From the IMG/VR virus record IMGVR_UViG_3300042453_005404, positions 62,001-126,000 of that record: DNA of 64,000 bases, one strand, 5' to 3'. Below are positions 1-10,201 of this stretch, one piece after another. Under the pieces are notes generated by a model. That model saw only the letters and a program-made list of their open reading frames with translations. It had not been told where the DNA came from and did not search any database. Position 1 is the first letter of the stretch, and the number at the start of each line of letters is the position of its first letter. The position numbers were made by a program, and so were the translations under genes.

Positions 1-80
1 AGACAACATAAAAAGTATATACTTGAACACTTTAATCCCGCATTGGTTACATTTGGAAAAGAATATCTTGGAGATATAAA

Positions 81-665
81 ATGAAAACGTTTCGAGTCGA
101 TGATGTTAGTGTTAATACAAATCAAGAAAAACTATTGGAAATGATTGCGTTGCTAAATCAACGTTACAACAATTCACGTTTTCTGCTGGGTATTTCTCCT
201 CTTGTCTGTGATATGAAGGAGTTTAGTGACAAAAGAAACGAACGAATATTTCCTTCTATTTTTAACGCTTATAGCGATCATAGAGTTTTTTACAAGGTAG
301 ACAAGTGTGGTGTACCAGCAGTTGTTTCTGAGTTAATAAAGCTTTATGGTAGCAAGATTGACTTGGCTGGTCACGGTTTGATTCATGTTGATCATCGTCT
401 TCTAACAAAAGAAGTACAAGAACTCAGTATTCTTTCTTCATGTAACTTGATTGGTGCAAAAACTTATATTCCACCTTTCAATAAATGGAACAAACACACT
501 GAAGAAATATGCAAAGAGTTTGGTATTAACTTGGTGAAATTTGAAGATGGTTGGCGGCACCTTGGATTCGAACCTATCAATGACAACTCAAGAAACTACT
601 ATTTTCATACCCATGACTTTGATATGGAAAAGTTCAAAATGATTGTTGCTGGGAGCGGTAAATGA
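81..665 (+). CDS. Polysaccharide deacetylase-like (NodB/DUF2334-type) protein
   Basis: FRVDD near the N-terminus, GHGLIHVDH metal motif, YIPPFNKWN motif; sits in a glycan cluster. Confidence 0.55.
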   Translation: MKTFRVDDVSVNTNQEKLLEMIALLNQRYNNSRFLLGISPLVCDMKEFSDKRNERIFPSIFNAYSDHRVFYKVDKCGVPAVVSELIKLYGSKIDLAGHGLIHVDHRLLTKEVQELSILSSCNLIGAKTYIPPFNKWNKHTEEICKEFGINLVKFEDGWRHLGFEPINDNSRNYYFHTHDFDMEKFKMIVAGSGK

Positions 666-1213
666 TTGTTGCCATACATCAGCCGAACTTTTTTCCTTGG
701 TTGCCTTTTTATGAAAAGATAAAAGCCGCTGATGTGTTCGTTTTTCTTCGTAACTGTCAGTTTGAGAAAAACAACTATCAAAATCGATTTCATTACCGTG
801 ATCGATGGCATACCATGAGCGTCAACAAAGGTTTGGAACCTATCGTTGACAAGCGATATGTAAGCCATGAAAAAGATTGGAACAAAATCAAAGTTAACTT
901 AAAAGACAAGTTTGTGTTAAACGAGTATGACGAATGCATTAGTGATCACTTGTACGAAACCAATCACAAGATCATTCTTAAAACGCTGAAAAAGTTAAAT
1001 ATCAACACTGCGATTGAGTACGATAGCCCTACAGATCTTACTAACACTGATAGACTTGTTGAAATATGCAAAGCTTTAAAGGCCACTACATACCTTGCTG
1101 GGCGTGGTGGTACAAAATACATGGATATGAGTAAGTTTGAAGCCGCTGGAATAAAGGTTGACATTCAAAAGGTTTCTGTTGAACAATCCATCCATGTTCT
1201 TGATATTCTATAG
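662..1213 (+). CDS. wbqC: WbqC-like protein
   Basis: AIHQPNFFPWLPFYEKI, QFEKNNYQNR and ATTYLAGRGG are WbqC hallmarks. Confidence 0.85.
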   Translation: MIVAIHQPNFFPWLPFYEKIKAADVFVFLRNCQFEKNNYQNRFHYRDRWHTMSVNKGLEPIVDKRYVSHEKDWNKIKVNLKDKFVLNEYDECISDHLYETNHKIILKTLKKLNINTAIEYDSPTDLTNTDRLVEICKALKATTYLAGRGGTKYMDMSKFEAAGIKVDIQKVSVEQSIHVLDIL

Positions 1214-1216
1214 GCC

Positions 1217-2035
1217 ATGCCACAGAAACTTTTTGATCGTATTGTTGTAAGCTCCGACGATTCTCCTACCTTTTTGAACTTTTGGCCTTGCGTATCACAA
1301 GCATGGCAAAAATTCTTCGATGTAAAGCCAACACTAGCATTGGTAACAAACAGATCACCAGACGATTCGTTGTTTGCAACTTTGCAAAAATACGGTGATG
1401 TTTGTACCGTTCCTTATATCCAAGGCATACCAACAGCCAATCAAGCTAAAATAGCTCGTTTTCTTGTTGCTAGTAAGATGGGCGACGACGTTTGCATGAT
1501 CGAAGACATTGATACTGTTCCTTTACAGCGAACGTTTTTCGAAAACAGATTAAAAATGCGTGAACCTAATCGTATTTTGGCCGTAGGGCATGAAGTTTTG
1601 GCAAATACTGTTGATACTGGTAAGTTTCCGATCAGCAATATCACAACTGAGGGCCGAAACTTTAAACTACTGTTTAACCCAAACGATCTTAGCCATGAAG
1701 AATTATTGAAATCGTATGTTGGTATGCGTGTTGTTGATCATAAAGAAAACATTGCAAACAATCCGTCCCATTTTTCTGACGAATCAATGATTCGTGGATT
1801 GATTCATAAACACAACTTGCATCACATGGTTCAAAAAGTTGAAAGAGGAGCAGACATTCATAGAGATTGGGTTGATCGATCATGGTGGGGGATCGATGAA
1901 AACAAGTTGAAAAATGGAGGATACGTTCTTTGCAACTTTTTACGTCCGTGCAGAGAAAACGCACAACATTTTATTCCAATCTATGAATATTTGTACGGAT
2001 ATTTGCCGAAACCTAGCGAGTTGTTTGTTCTATGA
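1217..2035 (+). CDS. Putative glycosyltransferase
   Basis: AKIARF followed by a DxD-like EDID motif; cluster context. Confidence 0.45.
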   Translation: MPQKLFDRIVVSSDDSPTFLNFWPCVSQAWQKFFDVKPTLALVTNRSPDDSLFATLQKYGDVCTVPYIQGIPTANQAKIARFLVASKMGDDVCMIEDIDTVPLQRTFFENRLKMREPNRILAVGHEVLANTVDTGKFPISNITTEGRNFKLLFNPNDLSHEELLKSYVGMRVVDHKENIANNPSHFSDESMIRGLIHKHNLHHMVQKVERGADIHRDWVDRSWWGIDENKLKNGGYVLCNFLRPCRENAQHFIPIYEYLYGYLPKPSELFVL

Positions 2036-2595
2036 TCAACATCATCGAAGAGTTATACAGCGATCCAAAACATAGCGACTACAGCGAGAAATCATCAAAC
2101 GTTCGCTTCGAACATCTTGTGAGAGATTTGAGTGTTCCGAATGTTTCTATTCTGGACTATGGCTGCGGGCCGGGAAATATGGTGTCTTGGTTTTTGTCGA
2201 ACAAACAAACTCCAAAATACTATTATGGCTATGATGTTCGGGAAAAAACCATAGCGTTTGCCAAGCAAATTCTTCCTAGTTTTAAGTTTGAAACAACATT
2301 GCCAACTGACGAACTGTTTGATATGGCACTGTTCGCTGGCACTATAAGTTATGCTTTCGATGAAGATATCGATTTGTGTAAAAATTTTTATCGACAAGAA
2401 ATCGATAAAGCAATGGGTTTGTTGAAAACTGATGGCATAATTCGAGGTACTGTGCGTAAAGTCGGTTATGAATATGCCAAAAACAACAAACGTATGATCA
2501 CATATACGGAAAACGAGCTACAAAACTTGGGAGCAAAAACCGTGTACAATATATTCGATCATGAATGGTTTTTCGAAATAACAAAACAAAGGTGA
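2032..2595 (+). CDS. Class I SAM-dependent methyltransferase
   Basis: ILDYGCGPG motif I, YYGYD motif II. Confidence 0.85.
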   Translation: MINIIEELYSDPKHSDYSEKSSNVRFEHLVRDLSVPNVSILDYGCGPGNMVSWFLSNKQTPKYYYGYDVREKTIAFAKQILPSFKFETTLPTDELFDMALFAGTISYAFDEDIDLCKNFYRQEIDKAMGLLKTDGIIRGTVRKVGYEYAKNNKRMITYTENELQNLGAKTVYNIFDHEWFFEITKQR

Positions 2596-2599
2596 AAAG

Positions 2600-3064
2600 A
2601 TGGCTGATTTTGGTGGATCGGGAATAACACAAGAGTTGTTTGATTGGATTGTTGCAAACATTCCACAAGGTTCTACAATGTTGGAGTTGGGAGCTGGGCA
2701 TGTAAGCACAAAGTTCCTATCGCAGAGATATAAGCTTCATTCAGTAGAAGATAAGGCAGAGTTTCTAAACGTATATCCCAGCACTTACATATATGCACCC
2801 ATTGATACAAGAAAAAACTGGTATTATCGTAAAGCTTTAGAAGAAAATCTACCAAAGGAATATGATTGCATACTGGTTGATGGACCTACTGGGGAGGGTA
2901 ATCGATGGGGTTTTCTAGAAAACCTAGATTTGTTTCGGCAGGATGTTCCAATTGTTGTTGATGATACATGGAGGAAGGCAGAAAAAGATCTTTTGTTGGA
3001 AGTTGCTAAAAAAACTGGTAAAGAATATAAGCTGTTCGAAAACTTTGGGGTTATATACCGGTAA
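2600..3064 (+). CDS. SAM-dependent methyltransferase-like protein
   Basis: MLELGAG, ILVDGP, IVVDD motifs. Confidence 0.65.
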   Translation: MADFGGSGITQELFDWIVANIPQGSTMLELGAGHVSTKFLSQRYKLHSVEDKAEFLNVYPSTYIYAPIDTRKNWYYRKALEENLPKEYDCILVDGPTGEGNRWGFLENLDLFRQDVPIVVDDTWRKAEKDLLLEVAKKTGKEYKLFENFGVIYR

Positions 3065-3113
3065 ACATTCGGCTCCGATATCGATAAGCTAAATCTCTTC
3101 GAAAGGCCAACAT

Positions 3114-4409
3114 ATGTCAGAAACACAAAAGCTTGATTTAACAACTCCTACTCGCAAACACAAGATTATAATGCTTTCTGATCACCCACTGTGCACTTCT
3201 GGTGTGGGTGTTCAAGCAAGGTTCCTTATCCAAGGTCTTTTAAACACCGGTAAATATTCATTTCGTTGTTTGGGAGGAGCAATAAAGCACCCAAACTACG
3301 ATACGGTCATGGTAAATCCAGATTTTGTCATTAAACCGGTTGATGGATTTGGTAATCACGAAATCGTTCGCAACATTCTAATCAACGAACGTCCTGATGC
3401 CATTCTTTTATTCACAGATCCTCGTCAGTTTATGTGGCTTTGGGAAATTGAAGACGAGATTCATCAAATCTGTCCAATAACTTATTGGCATGTTTGGGAT
3501 AATGATCCATATCCAGCATTCAATGATGTTTGGTATAAATCAACCGATCTTATCAACTGTCTTTCTTATAAGACTTTTGAGCTTGTGAAGCCAAACTTCC
3601 CAGAACGTACACGCTATATTCCTCACGCATTTCCAAAGCAAGTATACTTTCCGATGCCAGAACAAACCAAAGAAGAAATTCGTAAGAAAAACTTTGGTGA
3701 TCGAGCAGATTGGTTTATTGGCACATGGGTAAATCGTAACGCTACCCGTAAAATGCCAAACGATGTTCTTAACGCATTCCGTGTTTTTCTAGATCGTCTG
3801 GAAAAAGAAGAAGGTCATCGCAAAGCTATGCTTATCATGCACACCGATCCAAACGATAGTGAAGGCCCCAATCTTCTTGCAGTGTCAGAAACGCTCGGCA
3901 TTGCCAACAATGTTATGTTTTCTGTGCAAAAAGTAGACTTCAACGATATGAATGCTCTTTACAACATCACAGATTTTACCATCAACGTTTCAAAAGCAGA
4001 AGGCTTTGGTTTGGCGACGCTTTCATCGATGATGGTTGGTAAACCTATCATTGCGATTAAAACTGGTGGATTGACCAGACAAGTTGTTGATCACCGTGAT
4101 GGTTCAGAAAATGGTATTGCTATCGAGCCCGCAGCACGTACAATGGTTGGCAGCCAAATGGTACCATATATTTACGATGATCATGTAAACTATCTTGATG
4201 TTGCTGAAGCTTACTGGAAGCTATACAAGATGAGCCCAGAAGAACGTAAAGCTCTTGGAGAAAAAGCTCGCTTGTATTGTGATTTTGAGTTTGATTATGA
4301 CAACGTAATCAAAGCTTGGGATGAAAGTTTGCATGAATGCATCACAAACTGGAAGACAAACAAACCAAAACAATGGACTTGTGAACAACTTCGTCCGTTC
4401 GGTAAATGA
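3114..4409 (+). CDS. GT4 (GT-B) glycosyltransferase
   Basis: SGVGVQ N-terminal motif, YIPHAF, KAEGFGLATL E-x7 motif. Confidence 0.9.
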   Translation: MSETQKLDLTTPTRKHKIIMLSDHPLCTSGVGVQARFLIQGLLNTGKYSFRCLGGAIKHPNYDTVMVNPDFVIKPVDGFGNHEIVRNILINERPDAILLFTDPRQFMWLWEIEDEIHQICPITYWHVWDNDPYPAFNDVWYKSTDLINCLSYKTFELVKPNFPERTRYIPHAFPKQVYFPMPEQTKEEIRKKNFGDRADWFIGTWVNRNATRKMPNDVLNAFRVFLDRLEKEEGHRKAMLIMHTDPNDSEGPNLLAVSETLGIANNVMFSVQKVDFNDMNALYNITDFTINVSKAEGFGLATLSSMMVGKPIIAIKTGGLTRQVVDHRDGSENGIAIEPAARTMVGSQMVPYIYDDHVNYLDVAEAYWKLYKMSPEERKALGEKARLYCDFEFDYDNVIKAWDESLHECITNWKTNKPKQWTCEQLRPFGK

Positions 4410-4428
4410 TAGGAAGAAAGGTAAAACA

Positions 4429-5607
4429 ATGAAAACAGTTCTTTTAAGAGCCCCACTTCTTACTCATTCCGGCTACGGTGTTCATGCACGTCAAATCGCA
4501 AAATGGTTGTTTCGTGTTGCATCAGAAACACACGAACTAGACATTACCACAGAGTCTCTGCCATGGGGCAGATGCCATCTCATTGTTGACCCAGAAGCCG
4601 AAGATGGTATTATTGGACAAATCATACAAGCTTCGAACAATAAAAAGAACTTTTATGATATAACCATTCAACTACAACTACCAAACGAGTGGAACCCATT
4701 CCTTGGCAACTTCAACATTGGTGTAACTGCCGGTGTTGAAACAGACATATGCAATCCAGCTTGGATTGATTGTATTAATCGTATGGATATGATTGTTGTA
4801 CCCAGCGAGTTCACAAAGCAAACGTTTCTAAACACTGGCGAGATAAAAGTTCCACTTGTTGTTGTACCAGAAGCGTTCCCAGAAACGTTTGCAAGTAATC
4901 CTGTTAAGTTGGACCTTGGTTTAAAAACAAAGTTCAATTTTTTGCTTGTTGGTCAACTCACAGGCAACAACACAGAAAATGATCGCAAGAACTTGCCATA
5001 CTCAATAAAGTGGTTTGCAGAAACGTTTGCTGGTTGTCCTGATGTTGGTGTTATAATCAAAACAAACAGTGGCGCATTAACACAAGTTGACAAGCGTAAC
5101 GTTACAGGAATTTTTTCCAAGCTTGTTGGAGAAGTTTCAAAACCTAACGGTCCAACGTTTTACCTTCTTCACGGACATATGTCGGACGAAGAAATGCATG
5201 GACTATACACACACCCAGATATCAAAGCTCTTGTAACGCTTACACACGGCGAAGGTTATGGATTACCGATCTTAGAAGCTGCTGCTTGTGGTTTGCCTGT
5301 AATTGCTACCAACTGGAGCGGGCATCTAGAGTTTTTAAAACACGGTAAATTTATCGCTATCGAGCACACGTTGGCTACAATTCCAACAAGCCGAGTTGAC
5401 AATCAAATATTCATGCCTACAGCGAAATGGGCAATGCCTTTAGAAGCAGATGTGAAATATCGTTTGAAGAAGTTTTATAGTGGTTCCGTTATGCCAAAGC
5501 AATGGGCAACAGAACTTGCAGCAAAAATAAAAGAACTATATTCGTTTGAAGCTGTTGCACGTACTTATTCATCATTGCTAGATAAAACTTTGAAAGCAGA
5601 ACAATGA
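4429..5607 (+). CDS. GT4 (GT-B) glycosyltransferase
   Basis: SGYGVHAR, DRKN, GEGYGLPILEAAACGLPVI; start moved to MKTVLL at 4429. Confidence 0.9.
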   Translation: MKTVLLRAPLLTHSGYGVHARQIAKWLFRVASETHELDITTESLPWGRCHLIVDPEAEDGIIGQIIQASNNKKNFYDITIQLQLPNEWNPFLGNFNIGVTAGVETDICNPAWIDCINRMDMIVVPSEFTKQTFLNTGEIKVPLVVVPEAFPETFASNPVKLDLGLKTKFNFLLVGQLTGNNTENDRKNLPYSIKWFAETFAGCPDVGVIIKTNSGALTQVDKRNVTGIFSKLVGEVSKPNGPTFYLLHGHMSDEEMHGLYTHPDIKALVTLTHGEGYGLPILEAAACGLPVIATNWSGHLEFLKHGKFIAIEHTLATIPTSRVDNQIFMPTAKWAMPLEADVKYRLKKFYSGSVMPKQWATELAAKIKELYSFEAVARTYSSLLDKTLKAEQ

Positions 5608-5927
5608 TTGGATACTTGCTATCGATATTGCTGTTGACCGCTCTTTGCGTTGTAACATTTTACGCAATTCGTTGGGCCAAGATAATTTTTATTTTAGAAG
5701 ATGATCTTGCTGACGCTATTGAAGTACATGAACGCACCGCAAAAGCTTTGGAAGCGATTATAAAAACACCAATGTTTTTTGATAATCCTCAAGTAAAAGC
5801 TACTGTTGACGAAGCAATGGAAAACGTAAAAATCTGTCAAACAGCAACACACAAATTGATTCAGAACTTTACGCAACGCAGCAAACAACGTTATATACGG
5901 CTTATAGATCAAGACGAGGACGAATGA
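5604..5927 (+). CDS. Hypothetical membrane-anchored protein
   Basis: N-terminal hydrophobic helix; ATGA-coupled to neighbours. Confidence 0.6.
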   Translation: MIGYLLSILLLTALCVVTFYAIRWAKIIFILEDDLADAIEVHERTAKALEAIIKTPMFFDNPQVKATVDEAMENVKICQTATHKLIQNFTQRSKQRYIRLIDQDEDE

Positions 5928-6661
5928 CTCCTAAAGGCAAAAAGCTTATCAAACGTAAACCAAAGGGCGGGGCTGCGCCGCAAGAGTTTTACTTCAACGA
6001 TAACACTCAACAAGCAATTGTTGACTATAAATTAGAAACAAATTCTACCAAAAAAAATGATATATACGTTCGTGAGATTCTTCCAGCTTTTAACAAGCTT
6101 GTAGAAAATCTCATCAACGTATATGGTTTTCAAATTCAATACGAAACCAAAGCTGATTTACAAAACGAATGCATTGAGTTTCTTTATGGTGTTATAACCA
6201 AGTTCGATGCTTCGAAAGGTACCAAAGCTTTTTCTTATTTCAACGTTGTTGCAAAGCATTGGCTAATCATTAAGAGCAAACAAAGTGTTAGAAATGTGCA
6301 TGTGTTTACCAGCATCGATGACACAGAATCCATGTCTCAACATGATTTAGAAACCATTGAAAATTATAGTGTTTCTCCTTCACCCGAAGAAACAATGATC
6401 GATTTTACCAAAAAACAAAAAATTCGAACAATCTTGGATTTGATAGCTTCCAAGGCTATAACAGAAAATGAAATTGAGTGCCTTAAAGGAATCAACTTGT
6501 TGTTTAGCAATATCAACGAACTTGATTTTCTCAACAAACGAGCTGTAATGTTGTATCTAAGAGAAATAACATCTCTTTCACCCAAACAATTAAGCGTTGT
6601 GCTTTCTTTGATGAAAAAACATTACAAGTTATCCAAGCAGGAATACGAGCAAGAAGAATGA
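5924..6661 (+). CDS. Phage sigma70-family (late, gp55-like) sigma factor
   Basis: Region-2-like DLQNECIEFLYGVITKFDASKGTKAFSYFNVVAK; lies before the virion operon. Confidence 0.65.
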   Translation: MTPKGKKLIKRKPKGGAAPQEFYFNDNTQQAIVDYKLETNSTKKNDIYVREILPAFNKLVENLINVYGFQIQYETKADLQNECIEFLYGVITKFDASKGTKAFSYFNVVAKHWLIIKSKQSVRNVHVFTSIDDTESMSQHDLETIENYSVSPSPEETMIDFTKKQKIRTILDLIASKAITENEIECLKGINLLFSNINELDFLNKRAVMLYLREITSLSPKQLSVVLSLMKKHYKLSKQEYEQEE

Positions 6662-7077
6662 GCAATCAATCTTTTGAAGAAGAAATAATCCAGATGGACA
6701 ACAATCCATCTGGCCAACAACTTATCAAAAAAGCCGACCAAGATCTTGCAACGTTTGTTGAATTGCTTGATTCTATCACTACTATCGATGAACGTTTAAA
6801 GCTTTTGTGGAAGCAAATTTACGAAAATGCATTAATCGATAGACGCAACGCTTACATGATTTGGACCGATTTATATTTGCAAGTTCACGGAAATCCAGAA
6901 CAACATGTTATTCATGGTGATCATTTATCCAAATACATGGAACGTATGGAAAAAGCTAACACTCAGTTGTTAAAACTAGCAGAGTTAGTTTATAAAGCCA
7001 AAGACAAGCAAGAAGCAGAAGAAATACCAGACAGTAAATCGATATTCGATAGAATAAAACGTGGCAGCAGAGGATAG
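6658..7077 (+). CDS. Hypothetical helical protein
   Basis: Coupled ORF in the operon; no recognisable motif. Confidence 0.6.
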   Translation: MSNQSFEEEIIQMDNNPSGQQLIKKADQDLATFVELLDSITTIDERLKLLWKQIYENALIDRRNAYMIWTDLYLQVHGNPEQHVIHGDHLSKYMERMEKANTQLLKLAELVYKAKDKQEAEEIPDSKSIFDRIKRGSRG

Positions 7078-7079
7078 CT

Positions 7080-8849
7080 ATGCCAAATGAAAACCTAAAC
7101 GTTGGTAGAATATTAGCGGGTGCAACTAATCCATCACTAGATCCAACAAAACTAATATTGAACAGCCAAATGGCTGGGTCACCACCAACTTTTCAACGTG
7201 CTACAGTTGAAGAAGTTATATACAATCCAAAAGAATTGTCAACCACAGATCGTGACAGACTAAAAAGCTTGGTAGTAAACCCAGAAGAAGTAAATCAAGC
7301 GCCTGCAAACAGCGTTATCGCCACCGTGATATCTGATGGTGTAAGTGACGCCACACCAACCAAAGTGCTTATCGCTCCATTTTTTCAAAGCCATTTCATG
7401 CTTCCGGTTCAAGTTGGAGAACAAGTCACCATTGTATTTGAAGATTTTCAAAAATACGGCTTTAAAGGTGGTAAATGGATCACAAGAGCATCTGAAGGTT
7501 TGCCGGTTGAAGATCCTAACTTTACTCACAACGACAGAAGATTCAATATTGAATATAATTCTGACCAGCGAGCAAGTCAATCTTTAAACAGAACCAGTTA
7601 TACTCCTAATTTTCCAAATGGTGGTGACACCATCGGCACTAGAACTCTTCCTCAAGACACCACTACAAATCCATACGACACGATATATCAACAATCACGT
7701 TCTGGAGATTTACAACACGCTTATGAGGTAGTTCCACGCTGGACAAAACGTCCACAAGAGTTTGTGATTCAAGGCATGAACAATGCTCTTATCATGCTGG
7801 GCAGAGATCGTGTGGGTTACGTAACAAGTTCAGCAGTCGAACAGAAAAACTATGCAGGAACAATTGATCTTGTAACAGGTCGAAGCCGCTATTTGCTTAC
7901 GCCCGCAGACAGCACGGTCACAGAGCATAAAAAAACTAGTCCGTTTGTTATTATAAACTCAAGAAGCCTTAACGAAGTTGATAAAGCACCTCGATTAAAT
8001 GGCAAGGTAGAACAAACAAAAGAAGGAGATCCTGATTTTGTTCATGATGCTGCCCGCATATACATGAGCATGAAAACTTTGGGTGACACCAACTTCAAAA
8101 CAGCCAAAACAACTCAAGGTGCTGTTAACAATGCATTGCAACCTTCTGGCATCAACTATTCTCCTAACAGCTTATATCCCACACAGTTTAGTTCTTCAAG
8201 TGCCAACGTTGGGTCTTCATACGTTGTAACTAAAGCCGATCATATAAGATTGATTGCAAGAAGATCTGTTCCAGCAGAAGACAATCTAGATCCTATTATA
8301 TCTGGCTCTGTGTTGATTCTTAAAGAAGGCAAGAATCGTACTCCAGAAGATATGAACGCACAAGCTGCCGCAGCAGATCATTTGGCTTATCTATACATGA
8401 GCCCAGAAGGTAGAGTTCAAGTAGATGGTTTGCAAATATTTCTTGGTGGGGCCGCAATAAACACCAACCCTGCACCAGCAAATCCTCAAGCACCGGCACC
8501 TGATGTTCCAAGAAACCAAGATGGCGCAACAGCTGAATTGTCTGTTGGTGATCAAAACACTTTTGCTGGTGCAGAACCTTACATCAAATGGAGTGAGTTC
8601 AAAAAGGTTGTTGAAGGTTTGCAACGTCAAATAGACGCTCTACAAACAGCTTACAGCGGTTTGGTTGATGATTTAAACATAGCTACCAATAATGTTTGTG
8701 TACATGGTGGGCCTAACAGTGCTTGGATACCTTTATACACTGCAAGCAATGTTAAACGAACCACTCTTAGTAATGCTATTAGTGAGGCTAGAACCAAAAC
8801 AAATCAAGCTGTATACAAAAGCCGTAGCACTAAAATATTTGGGCAATGA
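7080..8849 (+). CDS. Baseplate hub/spike protein (gp5-like)
   Basis: OB-fold-like APFF...LPVQVGEQVTIVF; IQG.NN.LIMLG.DR; ADHIRLIAR; upstream of gp25-like gene. Confidence 0.6.
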   Translation: MPNENLNVGRILAGATNPSLDPTKLILNSQMAGSPPTFQRATVEEVIYNPKELSTTDRDRLKSLVVNPEEVNQAPANSVIATVISDGVSDATPTKVLIAPFFQSHFMLPVQVGEQVTIVFEDFQKYGFKGGKWITRASEGLPVEDPNFTHNDRRFNIEYNSDQRASQSLNRTSYTPNFPNGGDTIGTRTLPQDTTTNPYDTIYQQSRSGDLQHAYEVVPRWTKRPQEFVIQGMNNALIMLGRDRVGYVTSSAVEQKNYAGTIDLVTGRSRYLLTPADSTVTEHKKTSPFVIINSRSLNEVDKAPRLNGKVEQTKEGDPDFVHDAARIYMSMKTLGDTNFKTAKTTQGAVNNALQPSGINYSPNSLYPTQFSSSSANVGSSYVVTKADHIRLIARRSVPAEDNLDPIISGSVLILKEGKNRTPEDMNAQAAAADHLAYLYMSPEGRVQVDGLQIFLGGAAINTNPAPANPQAPAPDVPRNQDGATAELSVGDQNTFAGAEPYIKWSEFKKVVEGLQRQIDALQTAYSGLVDDLNIATNNVCVHGGPNSAWIPLYTASNVKRTTLSNAISEARTKTNQAVYKSRSTKIFGQ

Positions 8850-8891
8850 TTTGTAAAACCTCCCCTCTCTAGTTACCAACAGGACTACACA

Positions 8892-9677
8892 ATGGCTATA
8901 GAAGACGGCATCAGAAACAGTAAAGCAACAACAGCAGAAAATCAAAAGTTGGTTAATGACCTAACAAACAAAGCTATAACAGCAGGAAAAGTAACTCTTA
9001 TTGAGGGAATCGTTAATGGCTTACCAGCTCCTGTCAACTTTGCTGCAAGAGCTCTTGGAGAAGGTTTACATGCAGCGTTCAAGGTTCAGCCAGATGCGAT
9101 ATTGCAACCAGCAGACGGAAATCAAGACCCACGCAAGCTAATGGCATATGCCATGGCTTTTGCCATCATAAAAGCCATATGGTGTTTTATAAAAAGCATC
9201 TTGAATCCTTTGCCAATAATCGGTTCATTTTTTTCTCTTTGCATTGAAGAAGCATTAAGTGAAAACAACAGGGCCGACGTTGCCGCTTCGAATAACGACA
9301 ACAGCAATCAAGCATTAGCATCAGCAGTTAATAGCTACAATAACTTTCGTGATCAAAATATCGAGGTTGTTCCAAACAGCGATTTAGAAAGAGCCAGACA
9401 AAACTTACGAAATTCTTCACAGAATGATTCACGTTCTACTGAGATGACAAGTGGACCTGCTGGCATAACATTTGATCAGTTTGTTGCTAGCACCGCAACT
9501 GCCGCACCTTCTGGCACTTCCACAGATTCGGATGCAGTAACATCATTGCAATCACAAATTAACCAAGGAACAACCTCGGCAAACGTACCACCGGCCTCGC
9601 CTCAAATAGAATCACCGGAATGGCGGCCATCAGAAGTTAGCAGGTATCAAGAAGCTCGCAAGTTGTTTGGTCTATAG
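8892..9677 (+). CDS. Hypothetical virion-associated protein
   Basis: Long ORF in the structural operon. Confidence 0.55.
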   Translation: MAIEDGIRNSKATTAENQKLVNDLTNKAITAGKVTLIEGIVNGLPAPVNFAARALGEGLHAAFKVQPDAILQPADGNQDPRKLMAYAMAFAIIKAIWCFIKSILNPLPIIGSFFSLCIEEALSENNRADVAASNNDNSNQALASAVNSYNNFRDQNIEVVPNSDLERARQNLRNSSQNDSRSTEMTSGPAGITFDQFVASTATAAPSGTSTDSDAVTSLQSQINQGTTSANVPPASPQIESPEWRPSEVSRYQEARKLFGL

Positions 9678-9686
9678 TTATATAAC

Positions 9687-10163
9687 ATGATAAGCTTTAA
9701 AAGTGTAGGTATTACATCAGCCGAGTTAACTGCGCAGCAAAGAGCCATAGAACCAACTCCTATACCAATTGGGATTGTAACGCCATTACGTTTAGGAACA
9801 AGTGACGACGGATTGTTGAGTATGCACTACACTGTTGGTGATACCATGAAAAACAATCTACGTGATTTGATTATGACTAACTGGGGTGAAAGACTTGCTT
9901 TATACGATTACGGGGCAAATCTTGGTCCATTGGTTACTGAGTACGAACTAGGCAAAGAAGCATTCGATGATGCCGCAATGCAAAGAATCATGAACGCTGT
10001 TGGCAAATATATGCCTTATGTGGAGTTGGAAGGATTTGATAGTTCACAAACGTTTTATGCGCAAGATCCCGGTTTAGGTGTTGTAGCCATAGTGATTGAT
10101 TACAGTATACCAAGAGCATCGGTTCCTACAACAAGATTGCAAATAACGTTTGCAGTTACGTAA
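9687..10163 (+). CDS. Baseplate wedge subunit (gp25/GPW-like)
   Basis: NNLRDLIMTNWGERL..YDYGANL motif, ~150 aa. Confidence 0.85.
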   Translation: MISFKSVGITSAELTAQQRAIEPTPIPIGIVTPLRLGTSDDGLLSMHYTVGDTMKNNLRDLIMTNWGERLALYDYGANLGPLVTEYELGKEAFDDAAMQRIMNAVGKYMPYVELEGFDSSQTFYAQDPGLGVVAIVIDYSIPRASVPTTRLQITFAVT

Positions 10164-10201
10164 AATAACACTGATCCATATCTAACATAAGGTGAAACAC
10201 A

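Noticed and set aside
6658-7077. Small terminase subunit
   Set aside because: Size and helical nature fit, but there is no recognisable motif and no large terminase nearby; left as hypothetical
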